DNA of 64,000 nucleotides from the human T2T-CHM13v2.0 reference genome, Homo sapiens, in NCBI RefSeq assembly GCF_009914755.1, contig NC_060926.1; one strand, given 5' to 3'. A program made the translations under genes and the position numbers. Shown in pieces: positions 27,279 through 41,214 of the stretch. Each line of letters begins with the position of its first letter. Position 1 is the stretch's first letter. The notes beneath the pieces are model-generated. The model was not told the origin of the DNA. It did no database searches and was given only the letters and a program-made list of their open reading frames with translations.

Positions 27279-28260
27279 TTTTTATTAACAAATAAAAATT
27301 GTATATATTTATGGTGTACAACATGATATTTTGAAGTATATATACATCGTAGAATGACTAAACTAAGCCAGTTATCATATCTATCAACTCACATATAATT
27401 TTTTTGGTGAGAACACTTAAAATCTACTTTGTAGTAACTTTCAAGTATACAATATGTTGTTATTAACTGTAGTCACCATGATGGACTGTAGATCTTTTGA
27501 ACTTATCCCTCCAGTCTGACTAAAATTTTGCACCCTTTCACTAATATCTCCTCCTAGCCTTTGACAACCATCATTCTATTTTCTGCTCCTGTGAGTTCAT
27601 CTTTTCGAGATTCTATACATAAGTGAGGTCATGCAGCATGTGTCTGTTCCTGGTTCATTTCACTTATCATAATGTCCTCTGAGTTCATCCACGTTGTCAC
27701 AGATGGCAAGATTTCCTTCTTTTTTAAGGCTGAGTAGTATTTTGTTTTGTGTTTATACCACATTCTCTTTCTCCTCCCATTCAGTGATGGACAGTTAGGC
27801 TGAGTGCATATCTGTTTGTTTGTTTGTTTGTTTGTTTGTTTGTTTTTGAGATGGAGTCTTCCTGTGTCGCCCAGGCTGGAGTGCAATGGTGCGATCTTGG
27901 CTGACTGCAACCTCCGCCTCCCAGGTTCAAGCAACTCTCCTGTGTCAGCCTCCTGAGAAGCTGGGATCACAGGCGCACGCCACCATACTTGGCTATTTTT
28001 TTTTTTTTGTATTATTAGTAGAGACGGGGTTTCACTATGTTGCCCAGGCTGATCTCAAACTCCTGACCTCAGGTAATCCACCCGCCTCAGCCTCTCAAAG
28101 TGCTGGGACTTCAGGCATGAGCCACGGTGCCCGGCCAGCTGAGTGTATATCTTGGGTATTGTGAATGGTGCTGCAACCAATATGGGAGTGCCACCATCTC
28201 TTCCTATGCTGATTTCATTTCTTTGGAGATATACCCTGTAATGGGATTGGTAGCTCTATT
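27279..28260 (-). mobile_element. L1MA (MA8-like) 3' end, split by an Alu
   Basis: aaattgtatatatttatggtgtacaacatg...ggtgagaacacttaaaatctac. Confidence 0.85.
27814..28136 (-). mobile_element. AluSx-like
   Basis: (GTTT)n tail, full dimer, TSD gctgagtgcatatct/gctgagtgtatatct. Confidence 0.95.
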
Positions 28261-29242
28261 TTTTTTTTTTTATTCGTTGAGCCACTCCTTTTCAACTCTA
28301 GTGAATTTTAAGTTGAACCTCAAGTTTTTTGTTCACATGACCACATATTTACCTGTGTGCTATTCTCGCTTTAAATGGGAAGAGTTCGCAGTTTTAACAG
28401 CCAAGGCCTGAGGCATCAACGCCATGCAGCCGACTGCGCTGCTCCACGGCCTCTCTCAGGGTTCTTTCCATACCTCTCCCACCATAGATAGTTGTTCATT
28501 CAGCAGATAAACACCAGATGCGTACTGTGTGCCAGGCACTGTGTCAGCAAAATGGATGTGGTCCGTGTACCCAGGAAGTTCTAGAATTTGGTGGGGCATG
28601 GGCACCAAGCAATCCTCAAAGTACAAATGCAGTTATACAAGAGAGTGAACTCCTTCCCCTCTCTGTCCAAAATCACTTGAAAATTAAGAAAAATAATTTA
28701 AAATAAGGAAAAGTTCCTCAAGGGGCCTTATTTAGATCACAATACTACATAGAAAATAAGGGAGTTCTTAGCAAACCAAAATTTTTTAGATTCCTGGAAG
28801 ATGCTAAATAGAGAGGCTCATCCTGAGAAGAAATCAGAGGGAAGAGAATCTTAGCCTAAAGTGTGCTGGGGAGAAATGTGGTGTCAAATCTCACAAATAT
28901 TCTGAGCCAAGTTTGTGAGTCAAACAACAAGGCCACAGCGAACCCTGGGGTGGAGCCATAAGGCTTCTGTGCTAAGCCGCATGGAAATTCCTCTTCCTCA
29001 TGGGCACATGGGGAGAAAACTCCTCCTAGCCATGCTACAAGGGAGGACCATGTGACTGCTTCTGTGCAGCAGGGCGTGAGGAGAGGTGATTCCAGCATCC
29101 ATGTGCCAGTCATGCTGAGGCACAGAAGAGTGAGCCTGAGTCCCCCTCACCCTCCCACAGCTGCAACAGTGAGGCCCTGGGTTGTCATGGCAGAGCCACG
29201 AGATGGAGCCAACTAGATCTCTGCGTCTGCATGGGCCACCGC

Positions 29243-29810
29243 TTCCCGGAAAACTGCATCAGAATTTAAATGAGTGAGAAATAAGCCCTTGATATGAAGC
29301 CACAGAGGTGGCCAGGTTGAATTTGTTCCTCGGCAGGGTAGTCTGTTCTGTCTAATGCAGGTATTTACTTGAGCAGATGTTGAGACCCTTTTCCTCCTTT
29401 GCAATCCCTCAGCTGCAGGGACCAGTCATGTTTGCACTCAAAATTAAATCCAAGTACTATTTTCCAGAGAAAGAACTCAATCTGCCTGGAGAAGAGCGCT
29501 CCTATAAAAGCCGTGGCTTGTCAGAGAGGCCAGAGCAGAGCCTGAGTAACACCAGCTCCCCAGGTCAGAGAAGAGGGGAAAGAAGGCCGTTCCAACTGGG
29601 AGGAGAATATCCTGAATGAGTGACTCTCTCCTTGACAGCTGGGCTTTTGCCCTGCACCCACACACCCTAATGCAAAGTTCACCAAGAGACTGTCTGAGGA
29701 CAGCTCGGAACTCTGCTGAATATGCAATATGACATCACTAAGACTTTGTTCCCTGGGAAAGAAAGGTCAGGAGTGAAATGAAATATATGTTTACTAGATA
29801 AGATGTGGGT
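29243..29810 (+). promoter_or_regulatory. Candidate TATA promoter/enhancer
   Basis: TATAAAAG 29503-29510; GAS TTCCCGGAA 29243; forkhead motifs 29362, 29429, 29788; CAAAGTTCA 29673; AGATAAG 29796. Motif evidence only. Confidence 0.35.
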
Positions 29811-30112
29811 AATATTTCCATGACTTTAGCTGCAGGCATGGCTGTGCCAGAATGCTGACTTCATCATTTCCAACAATTGGTAAAGAAAAAGGAAAAAAGG
29901 GAAAAAAAAGGAAAAAGATACCCAGGATACTAGAACCAGCCAGAACAGATACGTAAATTGGAGGAAGAGCCAGTGCTGTTGCTTCTGGGATTCTCCATGA
30001 CTGACAGTCATGGGTTGGATCTAGCCCAGTAAAGCAGCCAAAAGTGAATCACAGACCTGAAGGGATATGTGCAGCTCCTGGGTGAAGGACACTGGACTCC
30101 TTTGGTCTGTGA

Positions 30113-30476
<364 letters not shown>

Positions 30477-32659
30477 TGATTACCAGCTGGTGATATTGAG
30501 CACGCACTGAGACATCACAGCTCCCTCAGTCACAGGAGCGTGCATGGCACTGGTCTGGCGAGCATGGCACTGTGCTATAGGAGAAATGAGGTTAAAAAAA
30601 AAAGCAGGAATTCTGGAATGGTGCACTGAGAGCTAGCGTAAATCAGCCCTTCCATAAAGCATCAAAAGTACTCGCAAAAATTGTCCGAATAAACTTTTGT
30701 AGAGCTCTGGAAATTAACCATGTTTGCAACAATTGCAGGAGAATTTATTCTAGAACACCGCACCTCAGTCAGAACAGTGGGGCTTGCGGCAACATAACCT
30801 GCCACACCTCATTCTGCTTGCCCAGCTCAGGGAGCCTGGAAAGCCTCACAGCCACAGTGCCTGTGAAAACCAGCAGCCATGGAACCATCGGAAAGGGGGA
30901 AATTGTATTTGGAGTGACTCAAAAAGTCCCATCCTCAGAGTTACGTCACTAATTGGCCTGTCTCACAGGTCTGTGGAAAAATCCCATTCACAAGCCATTT
31001 CTCAAATCATGAATGACATGTGCTTAAATGTCACAGCTGCCTGAGGCTGCAATGCCAGCTGGGGCAAATGAGATCCTGGCCAAATCATGAAAAGGGAGAC
31101 ACAGGGAGCAAAAGGCCCAGCATGGGGCCGAGGATGAAGGGGATTGAGGAGCTCTGACATATTCCTGGGGTCCTGGAAGGGCTTCTGTCGGGGGGGTGCT
31201 GTGACCATGCCCAGGTGAGACCTGGCCAAACCCTGGGCTCTCACCTGCGGCTGCCCTTGAGGACGCGCACAGGCAGTTACAGACTGTATTCATGTTGCCA
31301 TGTGCCTCAGCAATCGCACAGGGTGCCTCCGCAGAGGGGCAAAGGCTTATCAGTTCAAGGAATTTAAGGAAACCTCTGTTCAATTATTGCCTGACCACCA
31401 AGGTAACTGAGCAAAGAGTTCGTGGCTTGCACACTACAGAGAATTCAGACTCCACAGAATTAGTGCAGAAAAGTTACTTAATAAACAAACAGCAATAATA
31501 GAAACAAAACAGAAACAGTAGCAACAACAAACTGTTTTTTGGGGTGGGAGGGGGAGGGATCTGATCTCCAAAGTTGCCACATTGCAGTATCTAAAATGTC
31601 TCACTTTCAACAAAACTATATGAAACATACAAGGAAACAGGACAGTATGGGCCATCAACCGGGATGGGGAGAGCAGTCAACAGATACTTTCTATTAGGAT
31701 GCTGAGGTTTCAAAAAAAAAAAAAAACCACTTAAATAAGCTATTACAACTATGGTCAGGAAACTGAAGGAAACCATGTGTAAACAATAGAAGAAAAATAT
31801 GACAATAGTCTCATCAAATAGAGATTATGAATGAAGAGAGATATTATAGAGATTATTAACCAAGAGTGATATTACAACCAAATACTGAATACAAATTCTG
31901 AAATTTGAAAGTACAATAACTGAAATAAAATAATCACTCGAGGGCCTCAACAACAGATTGAGCTGGAGAAGAAAGAATTGATGAACTTGAAGATAGATCA
32001 AATGATATTATACAATCTAAGGAAGAGAAAGAAAAAGAATGAAGAAGAAGGGACAGAGGATCAGAGACCTGTGGAACATCATCCACCAGCTGTGATACAC
32101 ATAATCAGAATCCCAGCAGGGGGATGGATAGGAGTGCAGAAAAAATATTTGAAGGAATAGTGGCCAGAATCTTTCTAATGTAATGACAAACATTAATGGG
32201 CATGTCTAAAAAGCTCAATAGCTCCAAGTAAGATAAACTCAAGGAGATCCATATCATAACACATCAAATCATCAAGAGAATCTCAAAAGAGAAGAAAAGA
32301 GGCCTCCTCATGGACAAGGCTTCCTCAGTAAGATTAACAGCTGTCTCATCGTCAAAAGACATGGCAGCTAGAGGGAAGCAGATGCATTATTCAAAGTTCT
32401 GGGGAAATAAGACTATAAACCGATAATTCGCCATTGAGAAAATATATTTTTCAAAAAATAGGAAAAAAAATTAGACATTCGCAGATAAACAAAAACACAA
32501 TTTGTCACTAGCCCTACAAAGAAATAATAAAGGGAGTAATTCAGGCTACTTTGAAAGCATACTATAAAGTCACTCAGATGTCCACAAAGGACACAAGAGC
32601 ACCAGCAAAATACCTACATTTTATGTGTAAATATAAAGAACAGCAAAAATGTATTTTTC

Positions 32660-33814
32660 AGCTTTATTGAGGTATGACTGAAAGCCAAAAATTGTATATA
32701 TTCAAGGTATACAGGGTGATGTTTTGATATATGTATACCTTGTGAAATGCTTACTACAATCAAGCTAATCAGCACATCCACCACCTCACAAAGTTGTCTT
32801 TTCTGAGTGTGTGGTGAGAATACTTAAGATCTACTCTCAGCAAATTTCAGGTAGACAATACATTATTATTACTATAAACACCCAGCTGTACATTAGGCCT
32901 CCAGAAATTATTCATCTTATAACTACAGGTTTATACCCTTTGACCAACATCTCCCCATTTCTACCACCCCCAGCCCCTGACAACCACCATTCTATTCTAT
33001 TACCATGAGTTCGACTTTTTAAAGATTTCACGTAGAAGTGAGATCATGAAGTATTGGTCTTTCTGTGTCTGCCTTATTTTACTTAGCATAATATCCTCCA
33101 TGTTTATCTGTGTTGTTACAAATGGCAGAATTTCTTTCCTTATTAAGTCTGAATAGAATGTATATTCCATACACATCACATTTGGCTTTATCAATTCATT
33201 CATCAACTGATGCTTAGGCTGTTTCCATATCTGGGCTATTGTGAATAGTGCTGCAATGAACAGGGGAGTGCAGACATCTCTTTGATATCCTGATTTTATT
33301 TTGTTTGGATAAATACCCAAAAGTAAGATTCAAAATGCAGAAAATCCTCAACAAAGTACTAACAAACCAAGTTCAACAACACATTAAAAGGATCATACAC
33401 CATGATCAGGTAGGATTTATTATTGGGATGCAAGGATACTTTACCTTAAGCAAATGAACAAATGTGATATATCATATTGAAATAATGTTAAAAAAAAAAC
33501 TCTCTCAAAAAATTATATGATCATCTACGATACGGAAAAATTTGTGATGAAATTCAACATCATTCTTGGATAAAAAAAACTCTCAAAAAATTAGGTATAG
33601 AAAGAATATACCTCAACACAATAAAGGTCATATATCACAAGCCACATCTAACATCCTACTCTACAGTGAAAATCCAGCAGCTTTTCTTCTAAGACGAGGA
33701 AAAAGACAAAAATGTGAACTCTTGCCACTTCCATTCAACGTATACTGGACGTTCTAGCCAGAGCAATTAGGCAAGAGAAAGAAATAAAAGTCATCAAGTC
33801 AGAGAGAAAGAAGT
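32660..33814 (-). mobile_element. L1MA insertion with 5' inversion (minus 32660-33330, plus 33331-33814)
   Basis: Minus-strand 3' end ([28 protein letters not shown]) joined to a plus-strand ORF2 piece. One TSD aaatgtatttttc at 32647-32659 and 33815-33827. Confidence 0.85.
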
Positions 33815-34482
33815 AAATGTATTTTTCGGTAATTCTTCTCCTGTCTGATGTAAAAGACAGCAGTGTGAAGCAATTATTAGAATGCTGTGTTGATTAATTT
33901 AGACTGCATAAAGATGTAATTGTATAACAATAATAGCACTAAGCAGTAGAGAAGAAATGAAGTTATACAGGAGCAAAGTGTCAATATACAAGTGAATTAA
34001 GTTAATATTAATTCAGGTTAGTTTGCTATAAATTAAGATGTTAATTGTAATATCCAGGGTGACCATTAAGACTAACTCAAAACTCATAATAAAGGAAACA
34101 AAAAGGGAATTGAAATGCTACATTAGAAAATTTTTACTTAAGACAAAAAAGTCAGTAGGGCAGCAATAGAAAAACGAAGAAATAAGACACACAAAACACA
34201 CATAGCAAAATGATAAAAGTAAATTTTACCTTATCAGTAATGACATTAAATGTAAATGAATTAAACACTCTAATTAAAAAACAGTTTTACACAATGCATA
34301 AAAAATGAAAACAATGTCTATGTATATTCTTTCTACAAGAGACACACTTTAGATTAACAGAAATAAACAGATTGAAAGTAAAAGCATGAGACATAATGTA
34401 ACATGCCAACAATAAGCAAAGAAAGCTGAAATGTCTATAATAACAACAGGCAAAATAGACTTCAACAAAAATGTTATTAAAG

Positions 34483-35254
34483 CCTTTGTAGATGCCGCTG
34501 CCACCAGGAGCCCTGTACTATCAGCCACGGTCAACCCCACCGTGTTCTTCAACATTGCCATTGACAGCGAGCCCTTGGGCCACGTCTCCTTCAAGCTGTT
34601 TGCAGACAAGTTTCCAAAGACAGCAGAAAACTTTTGGGCTCTGAGCACTGGAGAGAAAGCATTTGGTTATAAGGGTTCCTGCTTTCACAGAATTATTCCA
34701 GGGTTTATGTATTAGGGTGGTGACTTCACACACCATAACAGCACTGGTGGCAAGTCCATCTATGGGGAGAAATTTGATGATGAAAACTTCATCCTAAAGC
34801 ATACAGGTCATGGCATCTTGTCCATGGCAAATGCTGGACCCAGCACAAATGGTTCCCAGTTTTTCATCTGCACTGCCAAGAGTGAGTGGTTGGATGGCAA
34901 GCAAGTGGTCTTTGGCAAGATGAAAGAAGGCATGAATATTGTGGAGGCCACGTAGCGCTTTGGGTCCAGGAATGGCAAGACCAGCAAGAAGATCACCATT
35001 GCTGACTATGGACATCTCTAATAAGTTTGACTTGTGTTTTATCTTAACCACCAGACTATTCCTTCAGTAGCTCAGGAGAGCACCCCTCCACCCCATTTGC
35101 TCACAGTATCCCAGAATCTTTGTGCTCTAGCTGCAGTTCCCTTTGGGTTCCATGTTTTCCTTGTTCCCTTCCATGCATAGCTGGATTGCAGACTTGAGTT
35201 AAGTTTATGATTATGAAATAAAAACTAAATAACAATTGTCAAAAAAAGAAAAAA
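34483..35254 (+). pseudogene. PPIA: PPIA (cyclophilin A) processed pseudogene (PPIAP-type; number unknown)
   Basis: Intronless copy with 5' UTR. Former CDS 34527-35021 (VNPTVFF...[15 protein letters not shown]...[10 protein letters not shown]...) has ATG>ACG and stops at 34713-15 and 34953-55. 3' UTR has AATAAA at 35217 and an A-tail at 35241-35254. Confidence 0.97.
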
Positions 35255-35884
35255 TAATCAGTCAAGATTGATTGACTGAAGATCTAACAATTACAAATAT
35301 ATGTGCACTTAACAAACAATACAATCCCAAAATACAGGAGAAAAAAAACCTGACAGAATTGAAGAACGGCATGGACAATTTAAGAACAGATGGAGACTCC
35401 AGTAATCCACTTTCAATAATAGCTATAATAACTAAACATAAGATCAGCAAAGAAAGACAACACTGTAGAGGACCTGAACAACATTAAAAAACAAATGGAG
35501 CTGGCAAACATTGACAGAACATTCCACCCAACAGCAGCAAGATACATATTGTCTTCAAGAACATATGAGATATTCTCCAGCATAAACCATATGCTAGTCT
35601 ACATAAAAGCCTCAATAAATTTAAAAGAACTGTAATTATACAAGTACGTTTTCCCACCACAAGTAATTAATCAGAAATCAATAACAGGAAAATATTTGGT
35701 AAATTCACAAACATGTGGCAAGTAATAACATACTCTTAAATAACCAACAAATTGAACAATAAATCACAAATAAAATTGGACAATACTTTGAAATGGATGG
35801 CCAATGAAAGAAAAATTGCCAAAACTTATAAAATGCAGCTAAGAGAGAATTTTATAGCTGTAAATGCATATTAAAAAAATAAGA

Positions 35885-36225
35885 GCCGAATACATAGAAA
35901 CAGAGTAGAATAGTGGTTATGGGAGAAGAGAAAAATGGAAAGACATAAATCAAAGTGTATAAAGCTGCATTGATCCAGGATGAATAAGCCTAGAAATCTG
36001 ATGTACACATGAGAACTATAGTCAATAATATTGTGCTGCATAATGGAAATTTGCTAAGAAAGTACACTTTAGGTGCTCTTGCTACACACCCACATAGATC
36101 AAAAAGAGGTAACCTTGTGTTTGTGATGGATATGTTCATTTGCTTGTCTGTAGCAATCATTTTACTATATATGTATGTCAAAACCTCATGTTGTATGCCT
36201 TAAATATACATAATAAAAAATTTTA
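35885..36225 (+). mobile_element. L1MA7/8-like 3' end inserted in the host L1
   Basis: atagaaacagagtagaatagtggtt...aaatttgctaaga...catgttgtatgccttaaatatac and an A-rich end. Confidence 0.8.
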
Positions 36226-36546
36226 AAGTAAGAAAGAGGCAAAATCAATAGGTTAACTCTCAACCTTAGGAAACCATAAAAAGAAGAACAAACTAAACCC
36301 AAAGCAAGCATAAGAGGGAAATAATAAATATGTGATTGGGTTTAAGTGAAACAGAGAGCATAAAAACAGTAGAGAAAATCAACACTATCAACAACTGTAC
36401 TTTTGAAAAGATAAAGGTTAACCATTCTTTAGCAAGACTGATCAAGAATAAAGAAGACAAACTCAAATTAATGAAATTAAGAATAAAAGAGAGGACATCC
36501 TTACTGACTTTACAGAAATTTATTTAAAAAACAAAAACAGAGATTA

Positions 36547-36695
36547 GGCTAGGTGCATGTGGCAGGTACCTGTAGACCCAGCTACTCAGGAGGCTGAGGT
36601 ACGAAGATCACTTAAGCCCAGGACATCAAAACCAGCCTAGGCAACACAGCAAAAACTCTGTCTCTAAAAAAGTTTAGTTCAATAAAATTTTACAG
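36547..36695 (+). mobile_element. FLAM (free left Alu monomer)
   Basis: Single monomer with A-rich tail; TSD aaacagagatta at 36535-36546 and 36696-36707. Confidence 0.85.
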
Positions 36696-39373
36696 AAACA
36701 GAGATTATAAGGAAGTAGTACTATGAAGAAATAGTATGAAAAAGTCTCTGGCAAAAAAAAAAAAAGGATAACCTATAAAATGAACAAATTATTAGAAAGA
36801 ATTAACTCACAAAACTGACTCAAGAAAAAAGAGAAAATGAAATAAACTTACAACAAGATATAGAATGAGTAATTTAAAATACCCCACAAAGAAAAGATCA
36901 TGTCTAGATGGCTTCACTGGTTAATTTAACCAACATTCAAAGATAAATTAATCCCCATCTTTCACAAACTCTTTCCAAAATAAGAAGACTCTTTCCATCT
37001 CATTATATGAGACCAGTATTACTCTAATATGAAAACAAAACAAAGACATCACAAGAAATGGAAGCTACAGACCAACGTCTCATGAATATAGATGCAAAGA
37101 ACCTCAACAAAATAGTAGCAAAATGAATACTGAAATATATAAAAAAAGATAATCAAGTGCAGTTTATTTCAGAAATGCAAGTTTGATATAACATCTGAAA
37201 AGTCAATTTAAGAAATAATAAGAATAGAATAAGGACATAATCCATATATTCATCCCAATAGATACATAAAAATGATTTAACACAATCTTGTTGAGATTAA
37301 AAAGATTGAACAATAAGAACTCAAAGTAACTTCCTCATGTTGAAAAAGAGACTCTATGAAAAACCTAAATCTAAAAATGGCAACAAGGCATAGATGTCCC
37401 CTCTCACTACTTCCACCTCACACTGTACTGGAGGGCTAACCAGGGCAATTGGGAAAGAAAATCGTAGGAATAAAATGCATTGAGATTAGAATGGAAGAAG
37501 CAAAGCTATCTCTATTTATAGATTACATGATCTTGTACATAGAAAACCCTACAGAATACACAAGCACACACATACAAACTTTAGTATACAAAAGTGCTAC
37601 AATTTAATGTAATAAATGGTCACTGCATAGTACAGAATATAAACATTAAAAGCCACTAGAATAAGAATAAGTGTGGCAGCAATTATTGGGTGAAGGACCT
37701 ATACTTTAAAGCATCCAAATCAGCTTGGTGCTAGGATTGTTGGCTGTGTTTGTTTTGTGTTGTTTACAGTGATGAGTAGAAGCCCTGAGAATTTAGGACA
37801 CAGTAGAACTTGAGCAAAGGGTGTTGGTGGGCATGGGGTGTGTGATGAACAGAGCACAGGGAGAGGGTGTGGAGGGGCATGGGTCTGACTGGAACAGCAG
37901 AGACCAACGAAAGTGTCTTTGTATCCAAAATCCCATCCTTGGAATGCACTGAGACAGGAAGATGGACAGCCCCAGGGAACAGGTAATTTAGGTTGTGTCC
38001 ACCTGCAGGATGGGAAGCCTCTTACTATTAAGATGGTACTCTGAATACATTGGAAAGCTGGGGACCCTGGCATTACTGCAGCCATCTAAAAACAAAGGGG
38101 AAGAATCCAGACTGAGAAGAGCCAAGAGAGGTCCCTTCATGAAATGGTACATGAATTCCAACCGACCACACCACTTCCTGTGCTGTGAACCAGTGAAATC
38201 CCTTATTGCTCAATCCAATATGAATCATGTTTCTCTTCTTTGGAGCCCAAAGCACTCTAATCGATTTTTAACAAGAAAAATAATTATACAGTATTTCTTC
38301 ACAATTGATATAGATAATTTTATCTGGTAATATGACTACTTCATTTGGTACATCTGCTTGTCATTCATGATTTTAGCAAGATCATAGATCAAATAATCCT
38401 TTTCCAAGTGTGATTTACAAGGCAACAAGGAGGCTCTCTTTTAATTGTGCTCAGACCCTGGCATGGATATTAGCACAGAGGCTGAATTACATATTTTTCT
38501 AAAGTAGGTTTATAAGAAGGAGACCCACAAGGGATCCAGATGCCTATATTACCCTCCTTGGAGATTAATGGATCACACAGGAAAAGGAGATTCCTAGGGT
38601 CAGACAGGAAATTAGGCAGATAAAGGACAGAAAAGGGAAAAACAGAGAGAACTGAGAGACAGAGAGGTGAAACAGGGCCAGAGGATAGGACAGAGATGTG
38701 AAAATTGGATTTAAGGGAGAAATGTCTATGCCCACACACTCTGCCCGAACATCCACAGCATATTGGTCTTTACCAACACTTCTAATGTAAGTTCCTGTTA
38801 TTGTCATAAATAGTTGAGTGAAAAAAGCTTTGTAAGACATGGGTAGCGTCGGGGAAACGTGATGAATTTTCCATTTGATGGATTGATCTGTGGTAAGTTA
38901 ACCTAGACTAGCCTATCCCTATCTCCATCTGCACTGCAGGGAAGCCCATACTTGTGGTCTTTGCCCCCAGAGTTCTGGGAAAACATCCGGTTCCTAAATA
39001 TCCTGGCCCAGGTTCTCCAGGAGCCTCGCATCAGCTACCCACATCCCAGAAAGCTGAGCCACACAAGGTATTTGTTACGTGTTGGGACAGATGCTCATGT
39101 AAGAATGATAGCTCATCCCAAAAATGACACCCATGTCACTGAGCCTCATCCCTTGGGGACACTTGAGGCAGGGGAGGAGCATAATGGAGGAAAGACAACA
39201 TATCTACTCCTTTCACATCCTCTCATGGCTTGAGAATGACTCCAGGAAAAACTGTTGACTATCACAGATAAGCCCGTGTCCTAAAATCTGAGTGTTTGTG
39301 GTGAGATGTTGCCATGGGCTGCATCTGTCTCAGCCTCCACATAAGAGAAGCCAAAGGCTTTGCCTCATAAGTT

Positions 39374-39863
39374 TTTTTTTTTTTATTATTATACTTTAAA
39401 TTTTAGGGTACATGTGCACAATATGCAGGTTAGTTACATATGTATACATGTGCCATGTTGGTGTGCTGCACCCATTAACTCGTCATTTAACATATTAATG
39501 CTCTCCCTCCCCCCTCCCCCCACCCCACAATAGGCCCCGGTGTGTGATGTTCCCCTTCCTGTGTCCACGTGTTCTCATTGTTCAATTCCCACCTGTGAGT
39601 AAGAACATGCGGTGTTTGGTTTTTTGTCCTTGCAATAGTTTGCTGAGAATGATGGTTTCCAGCTTCATCCATGTCCCTACAAAGGACATGAACTCATCCT
39701 TTTTTATGGCTGCGTAGTATTCCATGGTGTATATGTGCCAAATTTTCTTAATCCAGTCTATCATTGTTGGACATTTGGGTTGGTTCCAAGTCTTTGCTAT
39801 TGTGAATAGTGCCACAATAAACATCCGTGTGAATGTGTCTTTAGAGCAGCATGATTTATAATC
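39374..39863 (-). mobile_element. L1PA3/4-like 5'-truncated insertion
   Basis: Low-divergence L1PA 3' UTR with poly(T); ORF2 end (MFIVALFTIAKTWNQPKCPTMIDWIKK); TSD tcataagtt. Confidence 0.95.
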
Positions 39864-39962
39864 ATAAGTTGTTTTTAAATGAACAATTAGGAAAAATAAA
39901 AACAGTAGCAAGAACAGCAACAGCAGTGCACCCTCTGCCATTGGAGGCAATGTCAAAGTTAA

Positions 39963-40240
<278 letters not shown>

Positions 40241-40629
40241 AGTTAATCATTTCTTAATGAGCAATTAGGTTTCTAGTTAATGTAAAACTTAATAGGCAAC
40301 ATTTCCTCCTTGAGTCAATAGGCACCATGATAAAAAGACACAAAATGTGCTAATGCATGCTTCTTACGGCACATGTCAGGCCTGAAAACACATCTCAGCT
40401 TATCACAGACAACAGGAAAGAATGATGGTATATTCCTGAACAGGGACCTATTTATGTGTCTTTATAAAAGGCACATTATCTGTTTCAAGTAGCTTTCACT
40501 GAGATTGAAATCACTGCCTTTATGAATAAATAGTAGTCTCCCATTTCACAATCCAAGGCCTAATCTAAACCTTCCCTTTCTTTGGGTGAACTGTGTAATA
40601 ATGTGAATTGGTTCGCTGGTACTGAAAGC

Positions 40630-40805
40630 AAAGTGGGAGTCAGACAGCCAGGTTTAAGTAGAGGTTCTGCCAAACCAGTCTGTTGGTGAATTTGGACAAA
40701 TGAGTTCACCTCTGAGCCTCAACCACCTCCTTTCTGCAAGACTAGGTGAGTACAGCGCAGGCACTGGAGCATCACACAATGTAGGCATATTTGATGCCCA
40801 ATAAG
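40630..40805 (+). mobile_element. MIR relic
   Basis: ggagtcagacagccaggttt...ttggacaaatgagttcacctctgagcctca. Confidence 0.55.
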
Positions 40806-41214
40806 TGACGTCTGTGACAAAGATCATACAATGTGAGACACTCCACCACAGCAGCAAGCATGGAATAAGCTCATTTTATCCCAAATCAACAGAGTCCATA
40901 AAGCCGTTTTCCTCTTCTGTGCTCAGTTTTTACTATACACATAAAAATGTGGTCTTAATTTAGAAATTTGTATGTCATTAATTTTATTGCAGGAATGGCT
41001 AAATTTGGCCTCTGTTAATAGAAGGCATCAGCATCTACATTTCAAATCCCAAGTCAATTTTTTCAAGGTTGTGCAAAACAGTAATTTAATAATTATCCAC
41101 CAATCTGTAAGCACAAAGTCTGCCTGTAGTGGATGTTCTAATTTCACTTTTCCTCTTTTCATCCGTTGGGGGCAGGAAAGGAGCTCATGTGATATGTCTC
41201 CTTGAAGGCTTGCT

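Larger units (their letters stand above)
30600..37650 (+). mobile_element. Old L1M (5' UTR, ORF1, ORF2 to RT), host of several younger insertions
   Basis: Degenerate ORF1 (~31600-32600) and ORF2 fragments (e.g. EDLTITNICALN, KTVEKINTINNCTFEKI), collinear on the + strand. Confidence 0.8.

Noticed and set aside
34527-35021. Functional cyclophilin (PPIAL-type retrogene)
   Set aside because: Start codon lost and two in-frame stops.
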